Part shown: one piece after another, positions 37,242 through 46,301 of the stretch
How the letters are laid out: every line of letters starts with the position of its first letter
Numbering within the stretch: position 1 is the first letter of the stretch
Origin: an uncultured Bacillales bacterium
GTDB lineage: Bacteria; Bacillota_I; Bacilli_A; RF39; UBA660
Assembly: GCA_945228905.1 (NCBI GenBank)
Contig: CALYOH010000001.1
Location: 7,464 to 71,463 of the forward strand
Length of the DNA stretch: 64,000 bases
Reading direction: 5' to 3'
Position numbers and translations under genes: made by a program
Notes under the pieces: generated by a model
What the model was told of the DNA's origin: nothing
The model's input: only the letters and a program-made list of their open reading frames with translations
Databases searched by the model: none

Positions 37242-37877
37242 ATGAATTTATATGAAAGAAATCAAAAACAAAGAACATTCTTTAATGAAAAGATAGATTC
37301 TTATGATGATGTACATAGTACATATGTAGAAACTAAAAAAACATTAGGAGATAGCCTAGATAAAGAAACAAAAAAAATATTAGACTTGGGTGCAGGTACA
37401 GGACTAGAATTAATTCATGTATTTGAATTATTCCCAAGTGTTGAAGTAACAGTCATAGATATTACCGAAAATATGCTTGAAGAATTAAAAAAAAGAAGTT
37501 TTGCAGATAATGTAACTACTATATGTGGCGATTTCTTTGAAGTAGAATTTGGAGATAGTTATGATGCAGTTATATCTACATCAGCACTTCACCATTTTAA
37601 ACCAGAAGAAAAAATAAAACTATATAAAAAAATATATAATTGTTTAAAAGACAATGGTCAGTTCATAAATTGTGATAAAATAGCTCTAACACAAGAAATA
37701 GAAGATGGTCAATTATATGAGCTAGAAAACAATATAGAAAATTATAAACATATAGATACGCCACTTACTGTAGAACATGAAATAGAAGTATTAAAAAATG
37801 TTGGCTTTCAAGAAATAACTTCGAGCAATGTAGATAAAGATGATTATAGTCTATTTAAGGCTAGAAAAATGAAATAA
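37242..37877 (+). CDS. Class I SAM-dependent methyltransferase
   Basis: Motif I 'ILDLGAGTGLE', 'VIDITENML', 'DAVISTSALHH'. Begins 2 nt after the TetR stop. Confidence 0.8.
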   Translation: MNLYERNQKQRTFFNEKIDSYDDVHSTYVETKKTLGDSLDKETKKILDLGAGTGLELIHVFELFPSVEVTVIDITENMLEELKKRSFADNVTTICGDFFEVEFGDSYDAVISTSALHHFKPEEKIKLYKKIYNCLKDNGQFINCDKIALTQEIEDGQLYELENNIENYKHIDTPLTVEHEIEVLKNVGFQEITSSNVDKDDYSLFKARKMK

Positions 37878-37878
37878 T

Positions 37879-37897
37879 TTAGATACTTTTGAGATAC
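37879..37897 (+). repeat. R6: tandem TTAGATAC-ttt-TGAGATAC, 1 nt after the methyltransferase stop
   Basis: 8/8 at 37879-37886 and 7/8 at 37890-37897. An inverted GTATCTAg copy at 37920-37927 (7/8 match to GTATCTAA) allows a hairpin gatacgtt...aacgtatc. Confidence 0.9.
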
Positions 37898-37944
37898 GTT
37901 GTGAGACAGTGTCTAAAACGTATCTAGAGAGAAAATTAAATAAG

Positions 37945-37970
37945 AAAAGCATAGTATTTTCAATGCTTTT
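37945..37970 (+). terminator. Terminator-like hairpin after the TetR-methyltransferase operon
   Basis: aaaagcat-10 nt-atgctttt. The U-tract lies mostly inside the stem, so this is weaker. Confidence 0.5.
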
Positions 37971-38087
37971 AGAGGATTTGAACCGTTGTCATAGTGATAT
38001 GGGTGATTTCTGTTCCTATATTGATAAAAATAGTATAAGATGATAAAATACATTTGACAAAATTGCTTGTATAAGGAGTTTGATTAT

Positions 38088-39113
38088 ATGAATTATTTAG
38101 AAAGCGTGGATAAGAGAATAATAGAATATTTCAACATATTAGAACCAGAATTTCCTCTATGGCTTAATGATTACATAAATACTAAAGATTTATTATCTCA
38201 AAAATATATAAGCGTAACCTGCGGTACTATTTATTCTAATTTGTTTGAAAGCAATTTTTTCTTTTCTAGTTTAGATCATGCTGTTGCAGTAGCATTAATT
38301 GTTTGGCATTTTACTAGAGATAAAAAACAAACTTTATCTGGATTATTTCATGATATTGCGACTCCAGCTTTTAAACATTGTGTTGATTTTTTGAATGGAG
38401 ATTATATGACACAAGAATCAACAGAAGATTTAACAACAGAAATAATAAAAAATTCTAATGAAATAGTAAAACTATTAGAAAGAGATAATATTAAAATATC
38501 AGAAATATATAATTATCATATTTATCCGATTGCAGATAATGATACCCCAAGATTATCTGCTGATAGGTTAGAATATTCTTTATCAAACGCACTATTTACT
38601 TATGGATTATTAGATATAGAAAGTATTAAAGAAATTTATAATGACATAGAAATTCAAGAAAATTCGGAAAATGAAATGGAATTAGGATTTAAAACAAAGA
38701 AAATAGCAAGAAATTTTGTAAAAGTTACGAGTAGATTATCTATAATTTATAGGGAGGATAGAACTAGATATTCTATGCAATTTATTGCAGATATTTTGAA
38801 AAAATTAAATAATGAACATAAAATTTCAAAACAGGATTTATATAATCTAAAAGAAAGTGAAGTAATAGATATCATAGAATCATCTAAATATAAAGATATT
38901 TTTAATCTTTGGAAGAATGCTACAAAAGTAAAAACTTCAAAAGAAGAACCTAAAGATGTCTATTATGTTCATCATGGTGCAAAGATAAGATATATTGATC
39001 CATTAGTTAATGGCGAGAGGATATCGGTGCTTTGTAAAATAGCTAATAGCATGATAAATAAAAATTTATCATATGATATGAATAATTATGTTTATTTAGA
39101 TTTTAAATTTTAA
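38088..39113 (+). CDS. HD-domain protein (paralogue of 50138..51058)
   Basis: 'LDHAVAVALIV...LSGLFHDIATPAFKHCVDF...DTPRLSADRLEYS'. ATG 38088 follows RBS aaggag. Aligns along its length with the 50.1-kb paralogue. Confidence 0.75.
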   Translation: MNYLESVDKRIIEYFNILEPEFPLWLNDYINTKDLLSQKYISVTCGTIYSNLFESNFFFSSLDHAVAVALIVWHFTRDKKQTLSGLFHDIATPAFKHCVDFLNGDYMTQESTEDLTTEIIKNSNEIVKLLERDNIKISEIYNYHIYPIADNDTPRLSADRLEYSLSNALFTYGLLDIESIKEIYNDIEIQENSENEMELGFKTKKIARNFVKVTSRLSIIYREDRTRYSMQFIADILKKLNNEHKISKQDLYNLKESEVIDIIESSKYKDIFNLWKNATKVKTSKEEPKDVYYVHHGAKIRYIDPLVNGERISVLCKIANSMINKNLSYDMNNYVYLDFKF

Positions 39114-39120
39114 TAATATT

Positions 39121-39140
39121 TTAGATACATAATTAGATAC
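39121..39140 (+). repeat. R7: tandem TTAGATAC-ataa-TTAGATAC, 7 nt after the HD gene stop
   Basis: Exact 8-mers at 39121-39128 and 39133-39140. Confidence 0.95.
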
Positions 39141-39208
39141 GTTCTGCTAGTGAAGCGGAGTGTAACTGAGTGTATAAAAGAGCAAATATACAGGATAAAA
39201 TGCTTTAA

Positions 39209-39440
39209 AGTAGAGCACATTTTGATAGAATAGCCGATCCAGAAAATGACACTATCTTAATGGTTAACATAAAAAAATGGAATTGATAATTATGTAGGAC
39301 CAAATAGTTTCGCAGAAATAGCTTTTGGATTTTATTTTAGGAAAAAAGTATATTTATTAAATGATATTTATGAACCATTTAAAGATGAAATAATTGGTTG
39401 GAATATAACTCCTTTAAAAGGTGACTTAAATAAATTATGA
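39209..39440 (+). pseudogene. 5'-truncated and frameshifted gene remnant at the distal edge of the array
   Basis: Frame A reads '...FDRIADPENDTILMVNIKKWN*'. It shifts in the A7 run (39271-39277) to frame B 'KNGIDNYVGPNSFAEIAFGFYFRKKVYLLNDIYEPFKDEIIGWNITPLKGDLNKL*'. No start codon or N-terminal half. Confidence 0.45.
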
Positions 39441-39447
39441 AAATAAT

Positions 39448-39473
39448 AAAAGACTAGAAATGGTCTTTTTTTT
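39448..39473 (+). terminator. Rho-independent terminator closing the array
   Basis: aaagacta-gaaa-tggtcttt followed by ttttt. Confidence 0.75.
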
Positions 39474-39518
39474 AATATATAATTCTATAGAGGACAAAAC
39501 AAAAGGAGTGATTACAAT

Positions 39519-40751
39519 TTGAAGAAATTAATAGTTGGACAATCAGGAGGACCTACTGCTGTTATTAATGGTAGTTTAGCAGGAGTATATGAGTCAGCTA
39601 AAAAACAAGGATTTAAAGTATATGGTATGCTTAATGGTATAGAAGGATTATTAAATGATCAAATAGTAGACTTAGATGAATATTTAAATAAAGAAGAAAG
39701 TCTTGAATTATTAAAAAGAACGCCATCAAGTTTTCTTGGTACTTGTAGATTTAAGCTGGGTAAAGTAGAAGAACATGAAGACTTATATGAAAAAATATTT
39801 GAAATACTAGATAAACATTCAATAGATTCATTTATCTATATAGGTGGTAATGACTCTATGGATACAGTAGAATCTTTATCTGACTATGCAAAAGAACACA
39901 ATAAACATCAAAACTTTATAGGAGTACCTAAAACTATAGATAATGATTTACCAATAACTGATCATTGTCCTGGATTTGGTAGTGCCTGTAAATATATAGC
40001 AACCACATTAAAAGAAGTAATATTAGATAATGCTTGTTACGGAGATACAAAGAAAACAGTAGCAATAGTAGAAATTATGGGTAGACATGCAGGATGGTTA
40101 ACAGCGTCAGCTGCTTTAGCAAAAGATGAAACATGTCCAGGAGTAGATGCAATCTATTTACCAGAAGTAGCATTTAATATAGATGATTTCGTAAAAGAAA
40201 CAGAAGAACTATTAAAGAAAAAATCAAATATAGTAATAGCTGTATCTGAAGGAATAAGAACAGAAGATAGAAGATTTGTATGTGAATTATTAGATACAAA
40301 CCTACAAACAGATGCTTTTGGTCATAAAGAATTAGTTGGATGTGCCGATGCTTTAGGTAGAATCCTAAGAGATAAGCTTGGTATTAAAACAAGACCAATA
40401 ACTCTATCAACATTACAAAGAGCAGCATCTCATTTAGCATCAAAAACAGATTTAGATGAAGCAATTGAATGTGGAAAGCTAGGAGCAGAGTTAGCATACA
40501 AAGGCGAATCAGGTAAAATGGTTATTATGACTAGAGAACCTGGAAATAAATATAATATTAAATATGAAGTGTTTGATGATATTCATAAAATTGCTAACGT
40601 AGAAAAGAAAATACCACTAGAATGGATAGATGTAGAAAATAACTACGTTAAACAAGAATTAATAGATTATATGAAACCACTTATTCAAGGAGAAATAAAA
40701 CAAATATATAAAGACGGTATACCTCAACATATAATATTAAAAAAAGATTAA
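39519..40751 (+). CDS. pfp: 6-phosphofructokinase family, long (PPi-dependent-like) type
   Basis: 'GQSGGPTAVINGSL', 'IGGNDSMDT', 'GVPKTIDNDL', 'VEIMGRHAGWL'. TTG start after aaaggag. Confidence 0.85.
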   Translation: MKKLIVGQSGGPTAVINGSLAGVYESAKKQGFKVYGMLNGIEGLLNDQIVDLDEYLNKEESLELLKRTPSSFLGTCRFKLGKVEEHEDLYEKIFEILDKHSIDSFIYIGGNDSMDTVESLSDYAKEHNKHQNFIGVPKTIDNDLPITDHCPGFGSACKYIATTLKEVILDNACYGDTKKTVAIVEIMGRHAGWLTASAALAKDETCPGVDAIYLPEVAFNIDDFVKETEELLKKKSNIVIAVSEGIRTEDRRFVCELLDTNLQTDAFGHKELVGCADALGRILRDKLGIKTRPITLSTLQRAASHLASKTDLDEAIECGKLGAELAYKGESGKMVIMTREPGNKYNIKYEVFDDIHKIANVEKKIPLEWIDVENNYVKQELIDYMKPLIQGEIKQIYKDGIPQHIILKKD

Positions 40752-40809
40752 TAATAGTCTTTTTTCTTTTATGTTATACTAATTGTAAGAAACAATATAA
40801 GGAGTAAAT

Positions 40810-41571
40810 ATGATAGAAATAAGGAAAGTATCAAAAGAATTTGAAAAAAACATTAGTAAAAATAAAAAGATTAAATTTTATGCAGATAAAGATATATCTT
40901 TTGATGTAAAAGATGGAGAAATTTTGGGACTTCTTGGTCCAAATGGAGCGGGTAAAACAACATTATTAAGAATAATTGCTGGTATAATGAAACCAACAAA
41001 AGGAGAAGTTATAATCGATAATAAAGATTATAAAAAAGAAGAATTAGAAATAAAGAAAAGAATTTCTTTTCTATCTGGTAATACTAAATTATATAAAGAT
41101 ATATCATGCGTAGAATTATTAAAGATGTGTTCTGAATATTATGATATGGATAAAAATATAGTAGATAAAAGAATAAATGAAGTAGTTAAAAGATTTGATA
41201 TGGAATCTTTTAAAGATCAAAGAATAGGAAGTCTATCTACTGGTCAAACTCAAAGAGTAGGAGTTGCCAGATGTGTATTACATGATCCTCATAATTATAT
41301 ATTGGATGAAGCTACATCAGGATTAGATATTATTTCAAGTCAAGTTATTCTAGATTTTATAAAAGAAGAAAAAAATAAAGGTAAATGTATTATATATTCT
41401 ACTCATTATATGGAAGAAGCAGAAAATATCTGCGATAGAGTAGTATTAGTAAATAAAGGAGAAGTAATCGCAATAGGAACGCCTAAAGAAATAGAAAAAC
41501 AAACTGATACAACTAATATAAGAGATGCATTCTTCAAATTAATTGGAGGTAATAAAAATGAAATGGAATAA
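40810..41571 (+). CDS. ABC transporter ATP-binding protein (NatA-like)
   Basis: 'GPNGAGKTT', 'LSTGQTQRVGVAR', 'ILDEATSGLD'. Confidence 0.9.
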   Translation: MIEIRKVSKEFEKNISKNKKIKFYADKDISFDVKDGEILGLLGPNGAGKTTLLRIIAGIMKPTKGEVIIDNKDYKKEELEIKKRISFLSGNTKLYKDISCVELLKMCSEYYDMDKNIVDKRINEVVKRFDMESFKDQRIGSLSTGQTQRVGVARCVLHDPHNYILDEATSGLDIISSQVILDFIKEEKNKGKCIIYSTHYMEEAENICDRVVLVNKGEVIAIGTPKEIEKQTDTTNIRDAFFKLIGGNKNEME

Positions 41572-42703
41572 TATTAAAACTACCATCTTTAAAGAATTAA
41601 GAGGGGTAATTAGAGATAAAAAATCATTACATAAACTAATTGTTTATCCATTAATAATACCAATTATAATATTATTATTTGGTTTCCTGTTTGATTCAAT
41701 GAATGAATCCGATTATTTAATAGGTACTAATTATGAACCAACTAAAGAAGAAAAATTAATAATAAAAGAAATAGATAGTATTAAAACAAAAAAATATGAT
41801 GATAAAAAGTCATTAGAAAAGGCATTTAAAAATAATGAAATAGATGGATATATTACTAAGAATAATAATACATATAAAATATATGCAGATGATTCACAAA
41901 ATAGTGGAGCCTTTGTATTATCATATGCAACTACATATTTAGAATCTTATAATAAACTTTTAGGTAGTAAAGAATTATTATTAAAAAATATAGATCCAAA
42001 TACAGTATTTAATAAATTAAATATAGAAATAAAATCTCTAAAAAGTGAAAATGAAAATTTAATGACTACAATAATATTTAGTTTAGTAATAACATACTTA
42101 ATAATGATAGTAGTTATGGTATGTGTTGTAGTAGTAACAGATGCAACTTCTGGAGAAAAAGAAAGAGGTACATTAGAGACAATACTTACATTCCCAGTAA
42201 GAAGTTCAGAACTTGTTCTTGGTAAGTATCTAGCAACTTCTATTTTAGGATTTGTTGTAGGTTTAGCTTCATATATATTATCTATTCCTACAGTAATTAT
42301 AGGAAGTAAACTATTTGTATCATATAAAGATATGATAATATCTACAAAATTAGAATCAATATTACTTGTAGTATTAGTAATATTCTTAACATCACTTCTA
42401 GCCTCAGGTATATGTATGGCTCTTGCTGGAAATGCAAAAACATATAAAGAAGCTCAATCATCATTACAATTTATATCATTATTGCCAATGATTCCATATA
42501 TATTACAAATGCTAGAAATAGATAATGAAATATTTAATCTAATCCCAATCGCAAACTGTGGATCATTATTAAATGAAATAATTGTAAATAATATAAATTA
42601 CAATACAATATTCACTGTTATAGCAACTACAATACTATATACAGTAGTAATAATATTTTATATATCTAAACAATATAAGAAAGAAGAAACTTTATTTTCA
42701 TAA
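41558..42703 (+). CDS. ABC-2-type permease (NatB-like)
   Basis: N-terminal TM, large extracytoplasmic loop, then five C-terminal TMs with 'EKERGTLETIL'. ATG 41558 follows ggaggt. Confidence 0.75.
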   Translation: MKWNNIKTTIFKELRGVIRDKKSLHKLIVYPLIIPIIILLFGFLFDSMNESDYLIGTNYEPTKEEKLIIKEIDSIKTKKYDDKKSLEKAFKNNEIDGYITKNNNTYKIYADDSQNSGAFVLSYATTYLESYNKLLGSKELLLKNIDPNTVFNKLNIEIKSLKSENENLMTTIIFSLVITYLIMIVVMVCVVVVTDATSGEKERGTLETILTFPVRSSELVLGKYLATSILGFVVGLASYILSIPTVIIGSKLFVSYKDMIISTKLESILLVVLVIFLTSLLASGICMALAGNAKTYKEAQSSLQFISLLPMIPYILQMLEIDNEIFNLIPIANCGSLLNEIIVNNINYNTIFTVIATTILYTVVIIFYISKQYKKEETLFS

Positions 42704-42761
42704 AAGACATCAAAGATGTCTTTTTTTATAATATGATATAATTTAATTAGAGGTGACTATT

Positions 42762-43415
42762 ATGAATATAATAAGAGAAATAGTAAATGATTTAGGAATT
42801 AAAGATAAAAAGTACCAACAAGAAGAAAATTTAAGAAAAATAAGAGAAATAAAAGCTCTATTATCTGAAATGTCTTTTAAAACTAATGTTGCTAAATACT
42901 TATATGATTTAGATCATATTAAATATATAGAAGAAAATATTAATAGTCTTAGTAATGAAGAAAGAATAATAAAAGAAAGAGAATTATCTTTATTAAGACA
43001 TGATATTAGAAGATTAAAAAATAATAGAGATGTAATTGATTGTGAAAAATTATTAAATGAATTACATAGACTAGAATATGAATGTAATGATTACTATAGA
43101 GCGATACAAATAGATTTTAGAAGAGAATTATTAGAACAACCTTTACCAGATATATATTTATATCAAGGAGATATTACAGTAAATCCAAAATATAAAATAG
43201 CAAGTCATATAATTATACCTGGAATAGTTCAAATGTATACAGAACCTGAATTAAAAGAAACTATGATATACCCAGCAAATGAAATAAGATCAAGAAGAAA
43301 ACTAAGAAGTTTCTATAATAAAACAAGTTTTAGATACTTAGAACAATTATCTGAAGATTATGATTATAGTTTAGAATCAAAAGACTTAGGAAAAGTTAAA
43401 ATATATAAAAGATAG
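42762..43415 (+). CDS. Hypothetical coiled-coil-rich cytoplasmic protein
   Basis: ORF with RBS agaggtga. No recognised motif. Confidence 0.5.
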   Translation: MNIIREIVNDLGIKDKKYQQEENLRKIREIKALLSEMSFKTNVAKYLYDLDHIKYIEENINSLSNEERIIKERELSLLRHDIRRLKNNRDVIDCEKLLNELHRLEYECNDYYRAIQIDFRRELLEQPLPDIYLYQGDITVNPKYKIASHIIIPGIVQMYTEPELKETMIYPANEIRSRRKLRSFYNKTSFRYLEQLSEDYDYSLESKDLGKVKIYKR

Positions 43416-43423
43416 GTAAAAAT

Positions 43424-43621
43424 ATGAAATTTATTATTCAAAAAGAAATTTTTGATAAAATAGATAATAGTAAAGAATATAAAAGAATTTGTGATTTATT
43501 TGAAGAATCATTAAATAACGCAGAAAAACTATATTTAGATAAAAAAGTAAAAGAAGAAATAGAATCACAACGTGAAAAATGTAATAAATTAATAAGTAAA
43601 ATAGTTAGTAAAAAAATATAA
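43424..43621 (+). CDS. Hypothetical 65-aa helical protein
   Basis: Starts 8 nt after the previous stop. Lys/Glu-rich. No family recognised. Confidence 0.35.
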   Translation: MKFIIQKEIFDKIDNSKEYKRICDLFEESLNNAEKLYLDKKVKEEIESQREKCNKLISKIVSKKI

Positions 43622-43962
43622 ACATATTTAAGTGAACTAAATGCTCATTATCAAGCATACTTAAAGTTAAAAAGTCAAAAGGCAACAGCTGAATCAAATT
43701 TATCAAATGTTAGAAGAAGTTTATCTTATGAACAATAAAACAAGAACCAAGCAGTACTAGAATAAGTGAACAATATTTAGACATAAATTATTTTGAAGGG
43801 CAAGTTCAAACTTATGATGCAGAAGTTACTAGTTATGAAGCAAGTAAAATATCATAACCAGATGGGCAATAGGTAATTGGATAAAGATACTAAATAAATA
43901 GTATCTTTTTATATTTCATGATATAATTAAATAGTAAATTAAGAATAGAGGATGGTGCAGTG

Positions 43963-44802
43963 ATGTATAAAATATTGAAACATGAACAATTAAGTTCCAA
44001 TTCATATCTATTAGAAATAAAAGCTCCATTAGTAGTAAAAAATGCTAAACCAGGACAATTTGTAATAGTTATGGCAAAAGAAGATAGTGAAAGAATCCCT
44101 TTGACTATATATGATATAGATAAAGAAAATGGAGTTTTATCTTTAATATACCAAGTAATAGGAGCTTCTACTGAAGAAATGACTACAATTAAAGATGAAA
44201 TATTCGCAGTAGCAGGACCTTTAGGAAATGAAAATGAAATTTGTAAAAATCCAGAAGAATTTAAAGGTAAAAGAATTGTATATATAGCTGGAGGTGTAGG
44301 AATTGCACCAGTTTATCCACAAGTAAAATACTTAAATGAGCATGGATTTAAAGTAGATGTAATCTATGGCTCTAGATCAGAAGACTTATTATTAATAAGA
44401 GATAAGATAGAAAAGGTTGCAAATAATGTTTATTATGCTACAGATGATGGGTCATTTGGACATAAAGGATTTGTAACAGATATTCTTAATGAACATTTAA
44501 ATGATTATGATATCTGTGTTGCAATAGGACCAGTAATAATGATGAAAAATGTAGTTGGAATCACAAAAGAACTTAATATTAAGACAATAGTTAGTATGAA
44601 TCCATTAATGGTAGATGGTAGTGGTATGTGTGGAGCATGTCGTTGTGAAATAGATGGAAAACCTAAATTTGCATGTATACATGGACCAGAATTTGATGGA
44701 TTCCAAGTAAACTTCGATTTAGCACTTAAACGTATGGGTATCTATAAAGAAGAAGAAAAGAAAAAACTAGAAGAAATGAATGAAATGCTAGGAAAGAAAT
44801 AG
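43963..44802 (+). CDS. NfnA-like sulfide/dihydroorotate-dehydrogenase-like FAD/NAD-binding subunit
   Basis: FNR-like 'PGQFVIV...ERIPLTI', 'IAGGVGIAPV', C-terminal 'GSGMCGACRC' 2Fe-2S cysteines. Paired with a GltD-like gene. Confidence 0.8.
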   Translation: MYKILKHEQLSSNSYLLEIKAPLVVKNAKPGQFVIVMAKEDSERIPLTIYDIDKENGVLSLIYQVIGASTEEMTTIKDEIFAVAGPLGNENEICKNPEEFKGKRIVYIAGGVGIAPVYPQVKYLNEHGFKVDVIYGSRSEDLLLIRDKIEKVANNVYYATDDGSFGHKGFVTDILNEHLNDYDICVAIGPVIMMKNVVGITKELNIKTIVSMNPLMVDGSGMCGACRCEIDGKPKFACIHGPEFDGFQVNFDLALKRMGIYKEEEKKKLEEMNEMLGKK

Positions 44803-44812
44803 GGGTGATACA

Positions 44813-46177
44813 ATGGAAGGAATGGAAAAAGTAGAAATGAGAGTCCAAAATCCTATAGAAAGAAGTAAAAACTTCAATGAAGTAGAGTTAGGATTTAATA
44901 AAGAAGAAGCAATAAAAGAAGCAAGCAGATGTCTACATTGTAAAATACCTAAATGTGTAGAAGGATGCCCAGTAAATATAATGATTCCAGAATTTATTTC
45001 TGCAATAAAAGAAGATGATTTAGAAAAAGCATATAACATTATTTTAGAAACATCTTCATTACCAGCAATTTGTGGAAGAGTATGTCCTCAAGAAAAACAA
45101 TGTGAAGCTAAATGTATAAGAGGAATTAAAGGAGATTCAATCGCAATAGGATCTCTAGAAAGATATGTTGCTGATGAAGCAATAAAGAATAACTTTAAAT
45201 CATTAGTTAAGAAAAAGAAAAATGGTAAAAGAGTTGCTATTGTAGGAAGTGGACCATCAGGACTAACTTGTGCAGGAGATCTTGCTAAAGAAGGTTATGA
45301 TGTAACAATATTTGAAGTATTACATAAAGCAGGTGGAGTATTAACATATGGTATACCTGAATTCAGACTTCCAAAAAGTATTGTAGATAATCAAGTAGAA
45401 AGTCTAAAACAGTTAGGAGTAAGAGTAAAAACTAATGTACCAATTGGAAATGCAATATCTCTAGAAGAATTAAGCAAAGAATATGATGCTGTATTTGTAG
45501 GATCAGGAGCAGGACTTCCTAAATTTATGGGAATTGAAGGAGAAGATGCAGACGGAGTATTCTCAGCAAATGAAATACTTACAAGAATTAATCTTATGGG
45601 AGCATTTAAAGAAAAAGCAAAAACTCCAATTAAAGAAGCAAAAGCAGCTTATGTTATAGGTGGAGGAAATGTTGCAATGGACTCTGTAAGATCTCTAAAA
45701 AGATTGGGTGTAGAAACACACTTAATGTATCGTAGAGGAGAAGAAGAGTTACCAGCAAGATTAACTGAAGTAAGACATGCTAAAGAAGAAGGCATAATAT
45801 TTGATTTATTACAAAACCCACTAAAAATACTAGTAGATGAAAATAACAATGTTACAGGTATGGAAGTAGTAAATATGGAATTAACTGAACCAGGAGAAGA
45901 TGGAAGAAGATCAGTTAAAGAAATAGAAGGTTCAAATCATGAAGTAAAATGTGACGTGGTAGTAATGGCTCTAGGAACAGGACCAAATCATGAAGCGTTA
46001 AAAGATAGTAATATTAAACTAACAGATAGGGGTTTAATAGAAGTTGAAGGAACAAAGACTTCTATGAAAAATGTATTTGCTGGAGGTGATGCTGTAACAG
46101 GAGCTGCAACAGTTATTTTAGCTATGGAAGCTGGTAAAAAAGCAGCAAAAGATATAATGGACAGCATAGGAGTGTAA
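44813..46177 (+). CDS. NfnB/GltD-like NADPH-dependent oxidoreductase (glutamate synthase small-chain family)
   Basis: 'RCLHCKIPKCVEGCPV', 'CGRVCPQEKQCEAKC', 'VAIVGSGPSGLTCAGDLA', 'VFAGGDAVTGAATVI'. Confidence 0.85.
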   Translation: MEGMEKVEMRVQNPIERSKNFNEVELGFNKEEAIKEASRCLHCKIPKCVEGCPVNIMIPEFISAIKEDDLEKAYNIILETSSLPAICGRVCPQEKQCEAKCIRGIKGDSIAIGSLERYVADEAIKNNFKSLVKKKKNGKRVAIVGSGPSGLTCAGDLAKEGYDVTIFEVLHKAGGVLTYGIPEFRLPKSIVDNQVESLKQLGVRVKTNVPIGNAISLEELSKEYDAVFVGSGAGLPKFMGIEGEDADGVFSANEILTRINLMGAFKEKAKTPIKEAKAAYVIGGGNVAMDSVRSLKRLGVETHLMYRRGEEELPARLTEVRHAKEEGIIFDLLQNPLKILVDENNNVTGMEVVNMELTEPGEDGRRSVKEIEGSNHEVKCDVVVMALGTGPNHEALKDSNIKLTDRGLIEVEGTKTSMKNVFAGGDAVTGAATVILAMEAGKKAAKDIMDSIGV

Positions 46178-46203
46178 AATAAACAGTAAATTTACAAAAA
46201 AAA

Positions 46204-46232
46204 TAGACAACAAATGTCTAAAATGATAATAT
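46204..46232 (+). promoter_or_regulatory. Candidate promoter of the WXG100 cluster
   Basis: TAGACA (46204-46209), 17 bp, TAATAT (46227-46232) preceded by TGa (extended -10). Confidence 0.45.
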
Positions 46233-46301
46233 TAAAATAAGCAAGGTAGAAAACTTTGCATATAACAAGGCATATAAAATTTGATAGAAAGGAGTGATCA
46301 T

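Noticed and set aside
37963-38043. 26-codon ORF (MLLEDLNRCHSDMGDFCSYIDKNSIR) between R6 and the HD gene, considered as a possible peptide or bacteriocin
   Set aside because: Its ATG lies inside the terminator stem, it has no RBS, and it has no leader-peptide features.
32136-39518. Classical integron (IntI + attI + promoterless attC cassettes)
   Set aside because: There is no intI-like tyrosine recombinase in the window. The units carry their own promoters and terminators. The repeat is a short tandem direct 8-mer rather than a 60-120-bp attC palindrome. The array is integron-like only in the loose sense.
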